Source: Candidatus Woesearchaeota archaeon
GTDB taxonomy: Archaea; Nanobdellota; Nanobdellia; Pacearchaeales; GW2011-AR1
Direction: 5' to 3'
Assembly: GCA_964447315.1 (NCBI GenBank)
Contig: CAYURQ010000001.1
Span: 27,351-91,350 of the forward strand
DNA: 64,000 bases
Part shown: positions 1 through 10,398 of the stretch, one piece after another
How positions within the stretch are numbered: the first letter of the stretch is position 1
How the letters are laid out: each line of letters begins with the position of its first letter
Program-made: the position numbers and the translations under genes
The notes under the pieces: generated by a model
What the model was told of the DNA's origin: nothing
What the model saw: only the letters and a program-made list of their open reading frames with translations
Databases searched by the model: none

Positions 1-72
1 ATAAAATATAATGCTTTTATTGATGTAAAAGATGAGGTTGCTCCAAAAAATAGAAAGAGTGTTAAAGAGAGG

Positions 73-372
73 ATGGATTGGAATAAAAAACCACTAAAAT
101 TATATCTTAATATCAATGATTTTAATATACAAACGAAGTCTAAAGGATTTTTTAAATCCAGAGAATTTACTCAATATTTTAGGAAAAGAATTTATCTTAG
201 TTTAAAGGGTAAAGAAGATGTTTGTCTCACATATAAATTTAAACTTAATCCTAGAAAAATGAAATTAAATATTTCTGGGGAATTTCAAGGACCTTTTAAT
301 TCAGAAAATTTACTTTATATGAATGATTTGGAAAAATTTATTTTAACTGGGGAAATCAATAAAAAAGATTGA
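73..372 (+). CDS. hypothetical protein (99 aa)
   Basis: ORF near the window edge with no recognisable motif. Confidence 0.3.
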   Translation: MDWNKKPLKLYLNINDFNIQTKSKGFFKSREFTQYFRKRIYLSLKGKEDVCLTYKFKLNPRKMKLNISGEFQGPFNSENLLYMNDLEKFILTGEINKKD

Positions 373-499
373 TTTTCATCATATATATCCTAAAATATAT
401 ATTAGCAGAATATAGAAACATTTAAAAAGCAATTTTTGGTATCTTTTATTATTAAGCAGTTATTAAAGTCATTTGCAAATATGCTATACCCTGTAAATT

Positions 500-715
500 G
501 TGTCTAAAATGAATATTCTTCAGCCTAAACAAACAAAGATGAGCGAAAAAGAAGCTCAAGAACTATTGGATAAGCTTAACATATCTAAATCTCAGTTGCC
601 AAAAATATTTTCTGATGATTCTTCACTTCCTGAGGGATGTGTTGTTGGAGATGTTATAAAAATTGAGAGAAAACAAGAAGATAAAGTAAATGTATATTAT
701 AGGGTGGTTGTTTAA
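500..715 (+). CDS. rpoH: DNA-directed RNA polymerase subunit H (Rpb5 C-domain-like)
   Basis: 71 aa ending ...VNVYYRVVV, typical of RpoH; lies directly upstream of rpoB as in the archaeal rpo operon. Confidence 0.7.
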   Translation: MSKMNILQPKQTKMSEKEAQELLDKLNISKSQLPKIFSDDSSLPEGCVVGDVIKIERKQEDKVNVYYRVVV

Positions 716-720
716 AAAAG

Positions 721-3700
721 ATGGCAAGAAATAATCATTTAGTTATGAAGAATTACTTAAAGAATCATTCTTTAGTTGAATCTAATATTACTTCTTTTAA
801 TAATTTTATTGAAAAAAGACTTCAGGAAATTGTAGATGAAATACAAGCCACAATTGATAATGAAGATTTTGAGATTACTTTAGGAAAGATTGAAGTTGGA
901 AATCCAAAAGTTATTGAAGCAGATGGAAGTTATTCTTTTATTACTCCTTCTGAGGCTAGACTTAGAAACTTAACTTATGCTGCTCCTGTTACAATGGAAT
1001 TAACTGTTAAGAAAGATGGGCAAGTAGATTCAGAAGTTGTTGAAATTGGTAAAATGCCTGTTATGGTGAAAAGTAATGTTTGCAATACAAATGGCATGAA
1101 TAGTGATGAACTTGTTGAGAATTATGAAGATCCATTGAATCCTGGAGGGTATTTTATTATTAAAGGAAATGAAAGAGTTATGGTTATGGCTGAAGACTTA
1201 GCAGAAAATCAACCTTTTATTGAAGAAAATAAGAAAGGCGAATTAACTCTTAAAATGTTTTCTTTGAAAGGAACTTACAGAATTCCAGTTACCTTATCAG
1301 AAGATAAAGAAGGAATCTTGAATGTTTCTTTCAGTAGATTTAAGGATTTACCAATTGTTGTTATTCTTAAAGCATTAGGATTGACAAAAGAATCTGATAT
1401 TTCTAAATTAATTGGAAAAGAAACAGATAGTTTAATTGTTAATTTATATGAATTTGTTGATTTAGCAGATAGAGAAGATGCAATGATGTATATTGCTGAA
1501 AAGACAAATTTACAGGGAACAAAGAAAGAAATTTTAGATAGAGTAAAACAAAGAATTGATTCATATTTATTTCCTCATATTGGACAAACTAAAGAAGATA
1601 GAATCAAAAAAGCAACAACCCTTTGTAAATTATTAAAACAATTTTTGATTGCTAAAGATAAACCTGAACTTAGAACAGATAAAGACCATTATGCTAATAA
1701 AAGAGTTAGACTTTCTGGTGATTTACTTGCAACTTTATTTAGAGTTAATTTAGGAATTTTAATTAGAGATATTCAGTATTCCCTTCAAAAATCTTCTAAG
1801 CGTAAGAAATTTTTCTCAATAAAAGTTTTAGCTAAATCAACTTTATTTTCTCATAGAATAGAATCAGCAATTGCAACTGGTTCTTGGACTGGTGAGCGTT
1901 CTGGTATCACTCAAAATATGGATAAAACAAACTATTTAGCGACTATTTCTCAACTTCAGAGAGTTTCAAGTATGCTTCCTGGAGATCAAGAAAATTTTAT
2001 GGCAAGAACATTACATCCAACTCATTATGGAAGATTCTGTCCAATTGAAACTCCAGAAGGTACTGAAATCGGATTACGTAAAAATCTTTCAGTTCTTAGT
2101 AGGGTTTCAACTAGAATTGATATTGATGATGAAAAATTCATGAAAGAATTACATGAGTTGGGAATGGAAAGTGAATCAGATAATCTAGAAGGATACGATG
2201 TTTCACTAAATGGAAAATTTATTGGAACTGTTAAACAAGGAATTAATTTTGTTAAATCTCTTAGGGACAAGAGAAGAGATTCTGGATTGCCAGAGCAAAT
2301 GAATTTTAGACTTGATGAAGGTTTTAGAGTTGTTTCTATTTCAACTGAGCCTGGAAGAGTTTTAAGACCAATGATTATTGTTGATGAAGGAAATCCAAGA
2401 CTAAAGAACGAACATTTAGTTGAAATTGAGCAAGGAGAATTAAACTGGCAAGATTTAGTTAAACAAGGAATTATTGAATATTTAGATGCTTCTGAAGAAG
2501 AAAATTGCTTGATTTCATTATATGAAGAAGAATTAACACCAGAACATACTCATGTAGAAATTGATGTTACTGCTTTATTTGGAGCTGTTACAAGTTTAGT
2601 TCCTTATGGAAATCACGACCAGAGTTCAAGATTGAATAGAGGAAGTAAAACGCAAAAACAGGCACTTGGACTTTACGCTGCTAATTATTTGTGTAGATTA
2701 GATACAGATGTTTCTGTTTTACAATATCCTCAAAAACCAATTGTAAGAAGTTTTGTTTATGACACTTTGAATACCTATCCTGCTGGACAAAATTTAACTG
2801 TTGCAATTATGAGTTATGAAGGATATAATATGGAAGATGCTTTAATATTAAATAAAGGAAGTTTGGATAGGGGAGTGGGAAGAAGTTTTTATTTTAGACC
2901 TTATTCTGCTATTGAAATGAATTATGCTGGTGGATTAAAAGATGAAATTGCATTGCCTGAAAAAGATGCATCAGGTTATAGAACAGAAAAAAGTTATAGA
3001 TTATTAGAAGATGATGGTATTATTTATCCAGAAGCTAATGTTGATGAAGGAGATGTAATTATTGGTAAAATGTCTCCCCCTAAATTCTTGTCAGAAGCTA
3101 GAGAAATTTCAGTAAGAACAAAGAAAGAATCTAGTGTTACAATGAGGCAAGAAGAAAAAGGAATTATTGAATCTGTATTTATTACAGAAGACGATGAAGG
3201 CAATAAAATTGTTCAAGCTAAAACTCGTGATCAAAGAATTCCTGAATTAGGAGATAAATTTGCTACTTCACATGGTCAGAAAGGAGTTATTGGAGAAATT
3301 GTTCCTGAAGATGATGTTCCTTTTACTGCAAATGGGATTAAACCAGATATTATTTTCAATCCACATGGTTTACCAAGTCGTATGACAGTAGGATATTTAC
3401 TTGAATTACTTGCTGGTAAAGTTGGATGTGTTAAAGGAGAAGTTGTTGATGGAACTTCATTCTCTGGAGAAAGTAAATATAATTTAGAACAACAAATGGA
3501 GAAATTAGGATTTAGATTTGATGGTAAAGAAACAATGTATAATGGTATAACTGGAAAGAAAATGAAATCAAAGATTTTTGTTGGGAATTTGTATTATCTT
3601 AAGCTTAAATATATGGTTGGTAATAAGATGCATGGTAGAGCATCTGGTAAAGTTGCACTTTTAACAAGACAACCAATTGAAGGACGTTCTAGGGGTGGAG

Positions 3701-3981
3701 CTTTAAGATTAGGTGAAATGGAACAGCAAGCATTAGTTGCCCATGGTTCTTCATTATTACTTAAGGAAAGATATGATTCAGATAAAGTTGTATTACCAAT
3801 TTGTGCTAAATGCGGAGCAATGGCAGTAGAAGATAAAATACGTAAAAAAATATCTTGTCCAATTTGTGCAAGCGAAACAATAGAACCTGTTGAAGTATCA
3901 TATGCATTCAAGCTTCTTATAGAGGAGTTGCAAGGGTTACATGTAAATACAACTTTTGATTTAAAAAATAAATACGAATAA
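721..3981 (+). CDS. rpoB: DNA-directed RNA polymerase subunit B (unsplit B'/B'')
   Basis: 1086 aa; Rpb2 signature GDKFATSHGQKGV; C-terminal Cys4 zinc motif (CAKCG...CPIC). Confidence 0.95.
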   Translation: MARNNHLVMKNYLKNHSLVESNITSFNNFIEKRLQEIVDEIQATIDNEDFEITLGKIEVGNPKVIEADGSYSFITPSEARLRNLTYAAPVTMELTVKKDGQVDSEVVEIGKMPVMVKSNVCNTNGMNSDELVENYEDPLNPGGYFIIKGNERVMVMAEDLAENQPFIEENKKGELTLKMFSLKGTYRIPVTLSEDKEGILNVSFSRFKDLPIVVILKALGLTKESDISKLIGKETDSLIVNLYEFVDLADREDAMMYIAEKTNLQGTKKEILDRVKQRIDSYLFPHIGQTKEDRIKKATTLCKLLKQFLIAKDKPELRTDKDHYANKRVRLSGDLLATLFRVNLGILIRDIQYSLQKSSKRKKFFSIKVLAKSTLFSHRIESAIATGSWTGERSGITQNMDKTNYLATISQLQRVSSMLPGDQENFMARTLHPTHYGRFCPIETPEGTEIGLRKNLSVLSRVSTRIDIDDEKFMKELHELGMESESDNLEGYDVSLNGKFIGTVKQGINFVKSLRDKRRDSGLPEQMNFRLDEGFRVVSISTEPGRVLRPMIIVDEGNPRLKNEHLVEIEQGELNWQDLVKQGIIEYLDASEEENCLISLYEEELTPEHTHVEIDVTALFGAVTSLVPYGNHDQSSRLNRGSKTQKQALGLYAANYLCRLDTDVSVLQYPQKPIVRSFVYDTLNTYPAGQNLTVAIMSYEGYNMEDALILNKGSLDRGVGRSFYFRPYSAIEMNYAGGLKDEIALPEKDASGYRTEKSYRLLEDDGIIYPEANVDEGDVIIGKMSPPKFLSEAREISVRTKKESSVTMRQEEKGIIESVFITEDDEGNKIVQAKTRDQRIPELGDKFATSHGQKGVIGEIVPEDDVPFTANGIKPDIIFNPHGLPSRMTVGYLLELLAGKVGCVKGEVVDGTSFSGESKYNLEQQMEKLGFRFDGKETMYNGITGKKMKSKIFVGNLYYLKLKYMVGNKMHGRASGKVALLTRQPIEGRSRGGALRLGEMEQQALVAHGSSLLLKERYDSDKVVLPICAKCGAMAVEDKIRKKISCPICASETIEPVEVSYAFKLLIEELQGLHVNTTFDLKNKYE

Positions 3982-3982
3982 A

Positions 3983-6900
3983 ATGAACAAGCCAATAAGA
4001 AAAAGAATAAAGAGTTTGAATTTTAGCTTACTTAGCCCTGAGCAAGTTAAGAAATTAAGCTCAGCAAAAATAGTTACTCCTGAACTTTATGATATTGATG
4101 GTTATCCAGTTGATGGAGGGTTAATGGATTTAAGGTTAGGCGCTGTAGACCCTGGTGTTAGATGTAGAACTTGTGGTGGAAGAATTAAGGAATGTTTAGG
4201 ACATCCAGGAAGTATTGACATGGCAAGAGCTGTTATTCACTTGAAATATATTCCTTTAATTGAAATGTGCTTAAGATGTTTTTGCCAAGATTGTGGAAAA
4301 TTAATGCTATCTGAGAAAGATATGGAAAAATATAGTGCAAGTCAAAGAGCTAAGAAAGCAAAAGACTCAAAGAAATGTCCTCATTGTCAAGCTTCTCAGG
4401 AAAAAATGAAGTTAGATAAACCAACAAGTTTTTATAAAGGTAAAACAAGAATTTTTCCAACTGAAATTAGAGAGATGCTTGTTAATATTCCTAATGAAGA
4501 ATTAGAAAAAGTTGGAGTTAATTGTAAAACTTCAAGACCTGAGTGGGCTGTCATTACTTCATTATTAGTTCCGCCTGTAACAGTTAGGCCTAGTATTATC
4601 TTGGAAACAGGAGAACGTTCAGAGGATGATTTAACACATAAACTTTCAGATATTATTAGAGCTAATCAAAGACTTTGGGAAAATTTAAATGCTGGTGCTC
4701 CAGAAGTTATTATTGAGGATTTGTGGGATTTACTGCAATTTCATGTAACAACTTTCTTTGATAATACAGTTACTAGAATTCCACCTGCTAGGCACAGAAG
4801 TGGACAACCACTTAAGACTATAACTGAAAGAATTAAAGGTAAAGAAGGAAGAATTAGAAAAAATATTGCTGGTAAGAGAGTAAATTATTCTGGTAGAACA
4901 GTTATTTCTCCTGATCCATTTATTGGAATTAATGAAGTTGGAGTTCCTTATGAAATTGCAAAAGTAGTTACAGTTGCTGAAACAGTTAATGATTTAAACA
5001 TCAAAAAATTAAAAAAATTGATTCAAAAAGGTAGTGAATATCCTGGTTCTAGTTATGTTATTAGACCAGATGGAAAAAGAAAGAAAGTTACTGAAGAACT
5101 TAAAGAAGAGATAATTTCTGAATTGGCTCCGGGGTATAAAGTTGAAAGACATTTACAAGAAGGAGATGTTGTTTTATTTAATAGGCACCCAAGCCTTCAT
5201 AGAGGAAGTTTAATGGCTCATTTTGTTAGAGTTTTACCTGGTAGAACTTTCCGTATGCATCCTTCTGCTGCTGCACCATATAATGCTGATTACGATGGAG
5301 ATGAAATGAATATTCATAGCCCTCAAAATGAAGAAGCACGTGCAGAAGCTAAAATTTTACTTGATGTTAAAAAAAATTTAATGTCCCCAAAAAATAATAC
5401 TAACTTGGTTGGAAGTATTAAAGATTCTAACACTGGAAATTATTTATTAGGACTAGATGAATTTACTTCAGATGAAGCAAATCAATTATTTTATTATTCT
5501 GGAATTGATGCTTATGCATCAAAGAAACATATAACAGGATTTGAACTATTTTCAGAAATTTTTCCAAAAAGTGTTAATTTCAAGAATGATTCAATCACAA
5601 TAAAAGATGGGGTTGTTGAAAAAGGTGTTATTGATAAAACTACTTTTGGAGATGAAGATGGTGATTTAGTTAAGGTTTTAGATAATACTCTTGGTAGAGA
5701 TGAAACTTTCAAAATTTTAAAGAATGCTTTTGATTTAGGAAAGAATCATATTACTAATAGAGGAATTACAATTTCAGTTAATGATTTGGATTTAAGAAAA
5801 GATGTTATTGAAATGGGTGAAGAGATAATTAAGAAATCAGAAAAGAAAACTCAAGATTTAATTAATTCTTATAATGATGGAACTTTAGAAATTATTCCTG
5901 GTAAAACATTAGAGGAGTCTAGAGAGCTGAAAATTGTTCAGACATTGAATGAAGTAAGAACGAAGATTGGTGAAATTGTTAGGAGAGAATATCCTAAAAC
6001 TAATCCTGTAAATCATATGATTAGATCAGGTGGTGGAGGTAATATACTTAATGTAACTCAGATGGCTTCATGTGTTGGACAGCAAGCATTCATGGGGGGA
6101 AGAATCAATATTGGGTATAATGGAAGAACTTTATCATTATTCAAACCAGGAGATTTAAGTCCTGAAGCTCATGGATTTATTAAAAGTTCTTTTATTAAAG
6201 GATTAAGACCAGATGAATTCTTTTTCCAGGCTGTTACTGGAAGAGACTCACTTATGGATACTGGTTTAAGAACTCCAAAATCAGGCTATTTATATAGGAG
6301 ATTAGCAAATGCTCTTCAAGATTTAAGAGTGGAATATGACGGAACAATTAGAGACAGCAATAATAATATTATTGAATTCTTATTTGGAGATGATGGAATA
6401 GATGTTTCAAAAATGCATACTAAAGGAAAACTTGACAGTGGAGAAGCAATTGGAATTGTTACTGCTCAGAGTTTTGGTGAAAGTTCGACACAGATGGTTC
6501 TTAATACATTCCATATGGCTGGTGTAGCTGAAATGCAGGTTACTTCTGGTTTACCAAGATTAATTGAAATTTTTGATGCTAGAAAAACACCTTCTTCACC
6601 AAAAATGGAAATTTTCTTAAATAAAGAATATAATGATGAGAAAAATGCAAGAATATTTGCTGAAAAAATAAAAGAAATTACCCTTAAAGAAATTGCTTCT
6701 GAGATTAATTTAGATTTTGGAAATAAAAAAATTGAGATTGTTATTGATAAACAAGGATTAAGACAAACACATTCAAGTGTTAAAACAATTGTTGATAGAT
6801 TAAAGGATTTACACTTTAAAGCTAAGGATAAAGGGGATTTAATACAATTAGATGCAGGGGATATGAATTTCAGAGAAATTTATAAACTTAAAGAAAAACT

Positions 6901-7474
6901 TAAAGGCACTTTAATTTCAGGAATTAAAGGAGTAAAGCAAATATTAGTTGTAAAAAGAGATAGAGATTATGTTATTGTGACTCTTGGAACAAATTTAAAA
7001 GAAATTATTCAAATGAAAGAAGTTAATCCTAATAAGTTGATTTCAAATGATTTTTATGAAGTGGCAGATATTTTTGGTATTGAAGCTGCTCATTCTTTGA
7101 TTATCAAAGAAATTTTAGAAGTTCTTAAATCCCAGGGTATTGATATTGATATGAGACACTTAAAGCTTGTTGCAGATGCAATGACAAATACTGGAGAAGT
7201 TAAAGGAGTTACTAGAATGGGAATTATTGCACAAAAATCTTCAATCCTTGCAAGAGCAACATTTGAAACACCTGTTAAACAATTTGTTAATGCATCAATT
7301 AAAGGAAATAAAGATGAATTATCAAGTGTTATTGAAAATATAATTCTTAATCAACCAGTTCCAGTTGGAACAGGATTACCAGGACTTTTAGTTAAGGTAA
7401 CAGGGCCTTTAGTTAAAGATGAAAAAAACAAGAAAAAAGCTGATTCCAAGATTGTAGATATTGTTAATAATTAA
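3983..7474 (+). CDS. rpoA: DNA-directed RNA polymerase subunit A (A' and A'' fused in one ORF)
   Basis: 1163 aa; catalytic NADYDGDEMN; N-terminal zinc Cys clusters; trigger-loop/A''-type region GESSTQMVLNTFHMAGV around aa 830 continues in frame to the C-terminus. Confidence 0.9.
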   Translation: MNKPIRKRIKSLNFSLLSPEQVKKLSSAKIVTPELYDIDGYPVDGGLMDLRLGAVDPGVRCRTCGGRIKECLGHPGSIDMARAVIHLKYIPLIEMCLRCFCQDCGKLMLSEKDMEKYSASQRAKKAKDSKKCPHCQASQEKMKLDKPTSFYKGKTRIFPTEIREMLVNIPNEELEKVGVNCKTSRPEWAVITSLLVPPVTVRPSIILETGERSEDDLTHKLSDIIRANQRLWENLNAGAPEVIIEDLWDLLQFHVTTFFDNTVTRIPPARHRSGQPLKTITERIKGKEGRIRKNIAGKRVNYSGRTVISPDPFIGINEVGVPYEIAKVVTVAETVNDLNIKKLKKLIQKGSEYPGSSYVIRPDGKRKKVTEELKEEIISELAPGYKVERHLQEGDVVLFNRHPSLHRGSLMAHFVRVLPGRTFRMHPSAAAPYNADYDGDEMNIHSPQNEEARAEAKILLDVKKNLMSPKNNTNLVGSIKDSNTGNYLLGLDEFTSDEANQLFYYSGIDAYASKKHITGFELFSEIFPKSVNFKNDSITIKDGVVEKGVIDKTTFGDEDGDLVKVLDNTLGRDETFKILKNAFDLGKNHITNRGITISVNDLDLRKDVIEMGEEIIKKSEKKTQDLINSYNDGTLEIIPGKTLEESRELKIVQTLNEVRTKIGEIVRREYPKTNPVNHMIRSGGGGNILNVTQMASCVGQQAFMGGRINIGYNGRTLSLFKPGDLSPEAHGFIKSSFIKGLRPDEFFFQAVTGRDSLMDTGLRTPKSGYLYRRLANALQDLRVEYDGTIRDSNNNIIEFLFGDDGIDVSKMHTKGKLDSGEAIGIVTAQSFGESSTQMVLNTFHMAGVAEMQVTSGLPRLIEIFDARKTPSSPKMEIFLNKEYNDEKNARIFAEKIKEITLKEIASEINLDFGNKKIEIVIDKQGLRQTHSSVKTIVDRLKDLHFKAKDKGDLIQLDAGDMNFREIYKLKEKLKGTLISGIKGVKQILVVKRDRDYVIVTLGTNLKEIIQMKEVNPNKLISNDFYEVADIFGIEAAHSLIIKEILEVLKSQGIDIDMRHLKLVADAMTNTGEVKGVTRMGIIAQKSSILARATFETPVKQFVNASIKGNKDELSSVIENIILNQPVPVGTGLPGLLVKVTGPLVKDEKNKKKADSKIVDIVNN

Positions 7475-7588
7475 TTAAATTCTTTAAATAAAATTTTCAA
7501 TAAAAGTAGTAAATCCAAGCAAGAGAAATTTACCGTCGATAAAACTTAAAATTAAATAATGTAAAGGTTTAAAAACTAAATCCTTCTA

Positions 7589-8020
7589 ATGCTTTTATCT
7601 AAAATGGTTAATACAATTGACATGCAAGATTTGAGATACTTGAATTTATTTTCTAAAGTTACTAGAATTAGTACTAAATATTGTTTTATGTATAATAATG
7701 TTGTAGTTTTTGCTGTTCCTAAAGCACTTATTTCAAAAGCACTTGGAAAAGATGTTATTAACTTGAAAAAAATTAGTAATGTTCTTAAAAAAAGAGTTAA
7801 GGTTGTTGCAATTCCAGAAGGAATTAAAGACGCAAGAAAATTAATTGAAGCAATTGTTAGTCCAGTTACTTTTAAGGATTTGGAAATAACTGAAAATGAA
7901 ATAATTCTTAATGCAGGGCCTCAAAACAAAGCTGCTTTAATTGGTAGAAATAAAAGACGTTTAATGGAAATGCAAGAAATTGTAAAAGATTTTTTTCATA
8001 AAGAATTTAGGATTGTTTGA
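7589..8020 (+). CDS. nusA: NusA-like KH-domain transcription termination factor (archaeal NusA)
   Basis: 143 aa with two KH-like segments (VVFAVPKALISKALGK..., ...NKAALIGRNKRRL); sits between rpoA and S12. Confidence 0.65.
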   Translation: MLLSKMVNTIDMQDLRYLNLFSKVTRISTKYCFMYNNVVVFAVPKALISKALGKDVINLKKISNVLKKRVKVVAIPEGIKDARKLIEAIVSPVTFKDLEITENEIILNAGPQNKAALIGRNKRRLMEMQEIVKDFFHKEFRIV

Positions 8021-8064
8021 ATTTTTTAATATATATTTTTTAAATTAATTATATTTATAAAAGA

Positions 8065-8655
8065 TTGATTGGTTTATTTTTTATGGATAAAGAAGATTTA
8101 CATATATATGAATTATTTGATGGGGAGCATTTATATTATAGCAGTCATACTTTAGAAATGTTGCATTCTAATGAGGATTATTTAAAATCTTATTATTCCA
8201 AAAATATTAAAAATGTTAATTTCAATGACATAAAAAAGATTCAAAATCATTTAGATGAATATACTCTTAATCCTTATTTAATGTTGACTGGCTTTGAAAG
8301 TTTCACTCAAGAAAATGAAATTTTTGAGAAACTACTTGACATTATTCCTTTATTCTGGCAAGAGGATTATCATATAAAGGATAAAAAAATATGGCGTTCT
8401 TCTGGGGAGACTCCCCTTGATAATTATATAAAAAGATTGGAAAATCCAGGAAGAGATATGAAATTTCTTGAGAGAATGTTAAATATGGTTACTTCAAATA
8501 ATAACCTAGGAAGATTTAGAGATGCAAAAAAAGCAGAAAAATTATTTATGCAATATTCTGATGAGGAATCAATTCCATTACTTATGGAAAAATTAAAACT
8601 TCATTCTAGTTTGTATAATAAATTTGGAAATTCCAGAGAAAGCATAGAAGATTAA
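8065..8655 (+). CDS. hypothetical protein (196 aa) inserted between nusA and rps12
   Basis: ORF without recognisable motif. Confidence 0.4.
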   Translation: MIGLFFMDKEDLHIYELFDGEHLYYSSHTLEMLHSNEDYLKSYYSKNIKNVNFNDIKKIQNHLDEYTLNPYLMLTGFESFTQENEIFEKLLDIIPLFWQEDYHIKDKKIWRSSGETPLDNYIKRLENPGRDMKFLERMLNMVTSNNNLGRFRDAKKAEKLFMQYSDEESIPLLMEKLKLHSSLYNKFGNSRESIED

Positions 8656-8762
8656 TAATCTTTAAAAGACGTAGGATTTTCTATTGACAGCAAGCTTTAA
8701 AAACTAATTTTATTAAGGATAGTTGTTATAATCGTTGTATTATATTATATATTTCAAATAAA

Positions 8763-9185
8763 ATGGGATTAAAAAGCGCATCAAAAAAGCAAAAGGACAG
8801 GAAAAAGTTTAGGTGGAACTCTCGGGATTATAAAGTTAGAGTTCTTGATTTATATGCTAAGTCAGACCCTTTAGCAGGAGCTAATCAAGCAAAAGGGATT
8901 GTTTTATCTAAAGTTCAAAGAGAAGCAAAGCAGCCAAACTCAGCTATGAGGAAATGTTGCAAGGTTCAGTTAACAAAAAATGGAAGACAAGTAACTGCTT
9001 TTATTCCGGGTAATTTAGCTCAAAAATTTATTGATGAGCACGATGAAGTTATGATTGAAAGAATTGGTGGCAAGCAAGGAAGAAGTAAGGGAGATATTCC
9101 TGGTGTTAGATTTCAAGTGATTAAAGTGAATGATCAACCATTAGCTAGATTAGTTAAGGGTAAGATTGAGAAGGGTAGAAGATAA
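8763..9185 (+). CDS. rps12: 30S ribosomal protein uS12
   Basis: motif [17 protein letters not shown]...; 140 aa. Confidence 0.92.
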   Translation: MGLKSASKKQKDRKKFRWNSRDYKVRVLDLYAKSDPLAGANQAKGIVLSKVQREAKQPNSAMRKCCKVQLTKNGRQVTAFIPGNLAQKFIDEHDEVMIERIGGKQGRSKGDIPGVRFQVIKVNDQPLARLVKGKIEKGRR

Positions 9186-9188
9186 AAA

Positions 9189-9455
9189 ATGGAAATTAAC
9201 AAAAAAAACAACAAAATAATAATTAACTTAACTAAAAAAGATTATGATGAAAAAGTTTCGGGTTTTTTAGAAAAAAAATATTCTGAAAATATAGTTACTC
9301 AAAGAGGAAAGTATGCATTTATAGCATCTAATGAAAATAGTCAAGTAAATGTTGTTCCCTATCCTTTTGAAACTCCTAATAATCCAGAAACAGTTATGTT
9401 AGTTATTCCAGAAGGAAAAGGAAAATTAAAAAAAGAATTAGAGAGGTTATTATAA
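9189..9455 (+). CDS. hypothetical protein (88 aa) wedged between rps12 and rps7
   Basis: tight spacing: 3 nt after the S12 stop, and S7 starts 2 nt after its own stop. Confidence 0.4.
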   Translation: MEINKKNNKIIINLTKKDYDEKVSGFLEKKYSENIVTQRGKYAFIASNENSQVNVVPYPFETPNNPETVMLVIPEGKGKLKKELERLL

Positions 9456-9456
9456 A

Positions 9457-10083
9457 ATGTCAGAACAAATACAAAAACAATCAAATATACTAAATTTTAA
9501 AATTTTTGACAAATATGATTTATCAGAGGTTAAAGTAACTGATCCTGGTTTAAAGTCAGCGATAAATCTTGAACCAAAATTAATTTTAAAATCTCAAGGA
9601 AGAAATGTTGTTAAACATGGACAAGCAAAAGTTAATGTTGTTGAAAGATTAATGAACAAGTTATCTGTTGCAGGACACAGAAACAAAAAACATAGAATTG
9701 AGAAAGGTGATTCTACTGGAAAATATTCTAAAAATATGAAAATTGTTTTAGAAGCACTTGAATTAGTTGAAAAAAGAACTCATAAAAATCCAGTCCAGGT
9801 TTTAGTGAATGCAATTGAAAATGCTGCTCCAAGAGATGAAACAACTGTAATTGAATACGGAGGAGCAAGGTATCCTCAAGCGGTTGATGTTGCCCCTTTA
9901 AGAAGAGTAAATTTATCATTAAAACATCTTGTTCATGGTGCAAGTGATAAAGCTTTCAAAAAGAAAAAGAAACTTTCACAAGCTCTTGGAGAAGAAATAA
10001 TTATGGCTGCTGATAATAACGGAGATGGCATGTCAATTCGTAAGAAAAAAGAATCAGAAGCTCAAGCTGATTCTGCACGATAA
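9457..10083 (+). CDS. rps7: 30S ribosomal protein uS7 (with Lys-rich C-terminal extension)
   Basis: KSQGRNVVKHGQAKVNVVERLMNKL... S7 core. Confidence 0.9.
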   Translation: MSEQIQKQSNILNFKIFDKYDLSEVKVTDPGLKSAINLEPKLILKSQGRNVVKHGQAKVNVVERLMNKLSVAGHRNKKHRIEKGDSTGKYSKNMKIVLEALELVEKRTHKNPVQVLVNAIENAAPRDETTVIEYGGARYPQAVDVAPLRRVNLSLKHLVHGASDKAFKKKKKLSQALGEEIIMAADNNGDGMSIRKKKESEAQADSAR

Positions 10084-10098
10084 AGATATTTCATAATC

Positions 10099-10359
10099 AT
10101 GATTTTAGATAATCTTACTATAGAAGAAATTAATTTTTTAGGAAAAATTAATCAAGAATTTAAAAATAAGAATCTAAATGGAAATGTTTACTTAATTAAT
10201 GAAAAGATTAATGGAAAAATAAAAATACTTAATTTTATTGTTAATATGGTAAGTCATAAAGATATTATTTTAAATCTCAAAAAAGATGTAGAAAAATTTA
10301 TTCCTTGTGTTTATGTTTCTAATATATCAAAATATCATGCTTATTGCAAAATTTATTGA
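10099..10359 (+). CDS. hypothetical protein (86 aa)
   Basis: ORF between rps7 and EF-2. Confidence 0.35.
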   Translation: MILDNLTIEEINFLGKINQEFKNKNLNGNVYLINEKINGKIKILNFIVNMVSHKDIILNLKKDVEKFIPCVYVSNISKYHAYCKIY

Positions 10360-10398
10360 TAGATAACTTTTTAAACTAATTTTTGTAAATGTATTGTT

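Noticed and set aside
2025-3995. Antisense ORFs inside rpoB (2025..2270, 3594..3995). Similar antisense ORFs lie inside rpoA, S7, EF-2, EF-1alpha, dnaG, the surface protein and the glycosylation genes (5512..5712, 9728..9943, 12022..12228, 16194..16424, 18940..19191, 21023..21289, 21875..22072, 47435..47620, 49945..50448, 52965..53195, 54916..55229, 55621..55911, 57674..57883, 58450..59159)
   Set aside because: They are fully embedded in strongly supported genes on the opposite strand and their translations are low-complexity. Such ORFs are typical in AT-rich DNA.
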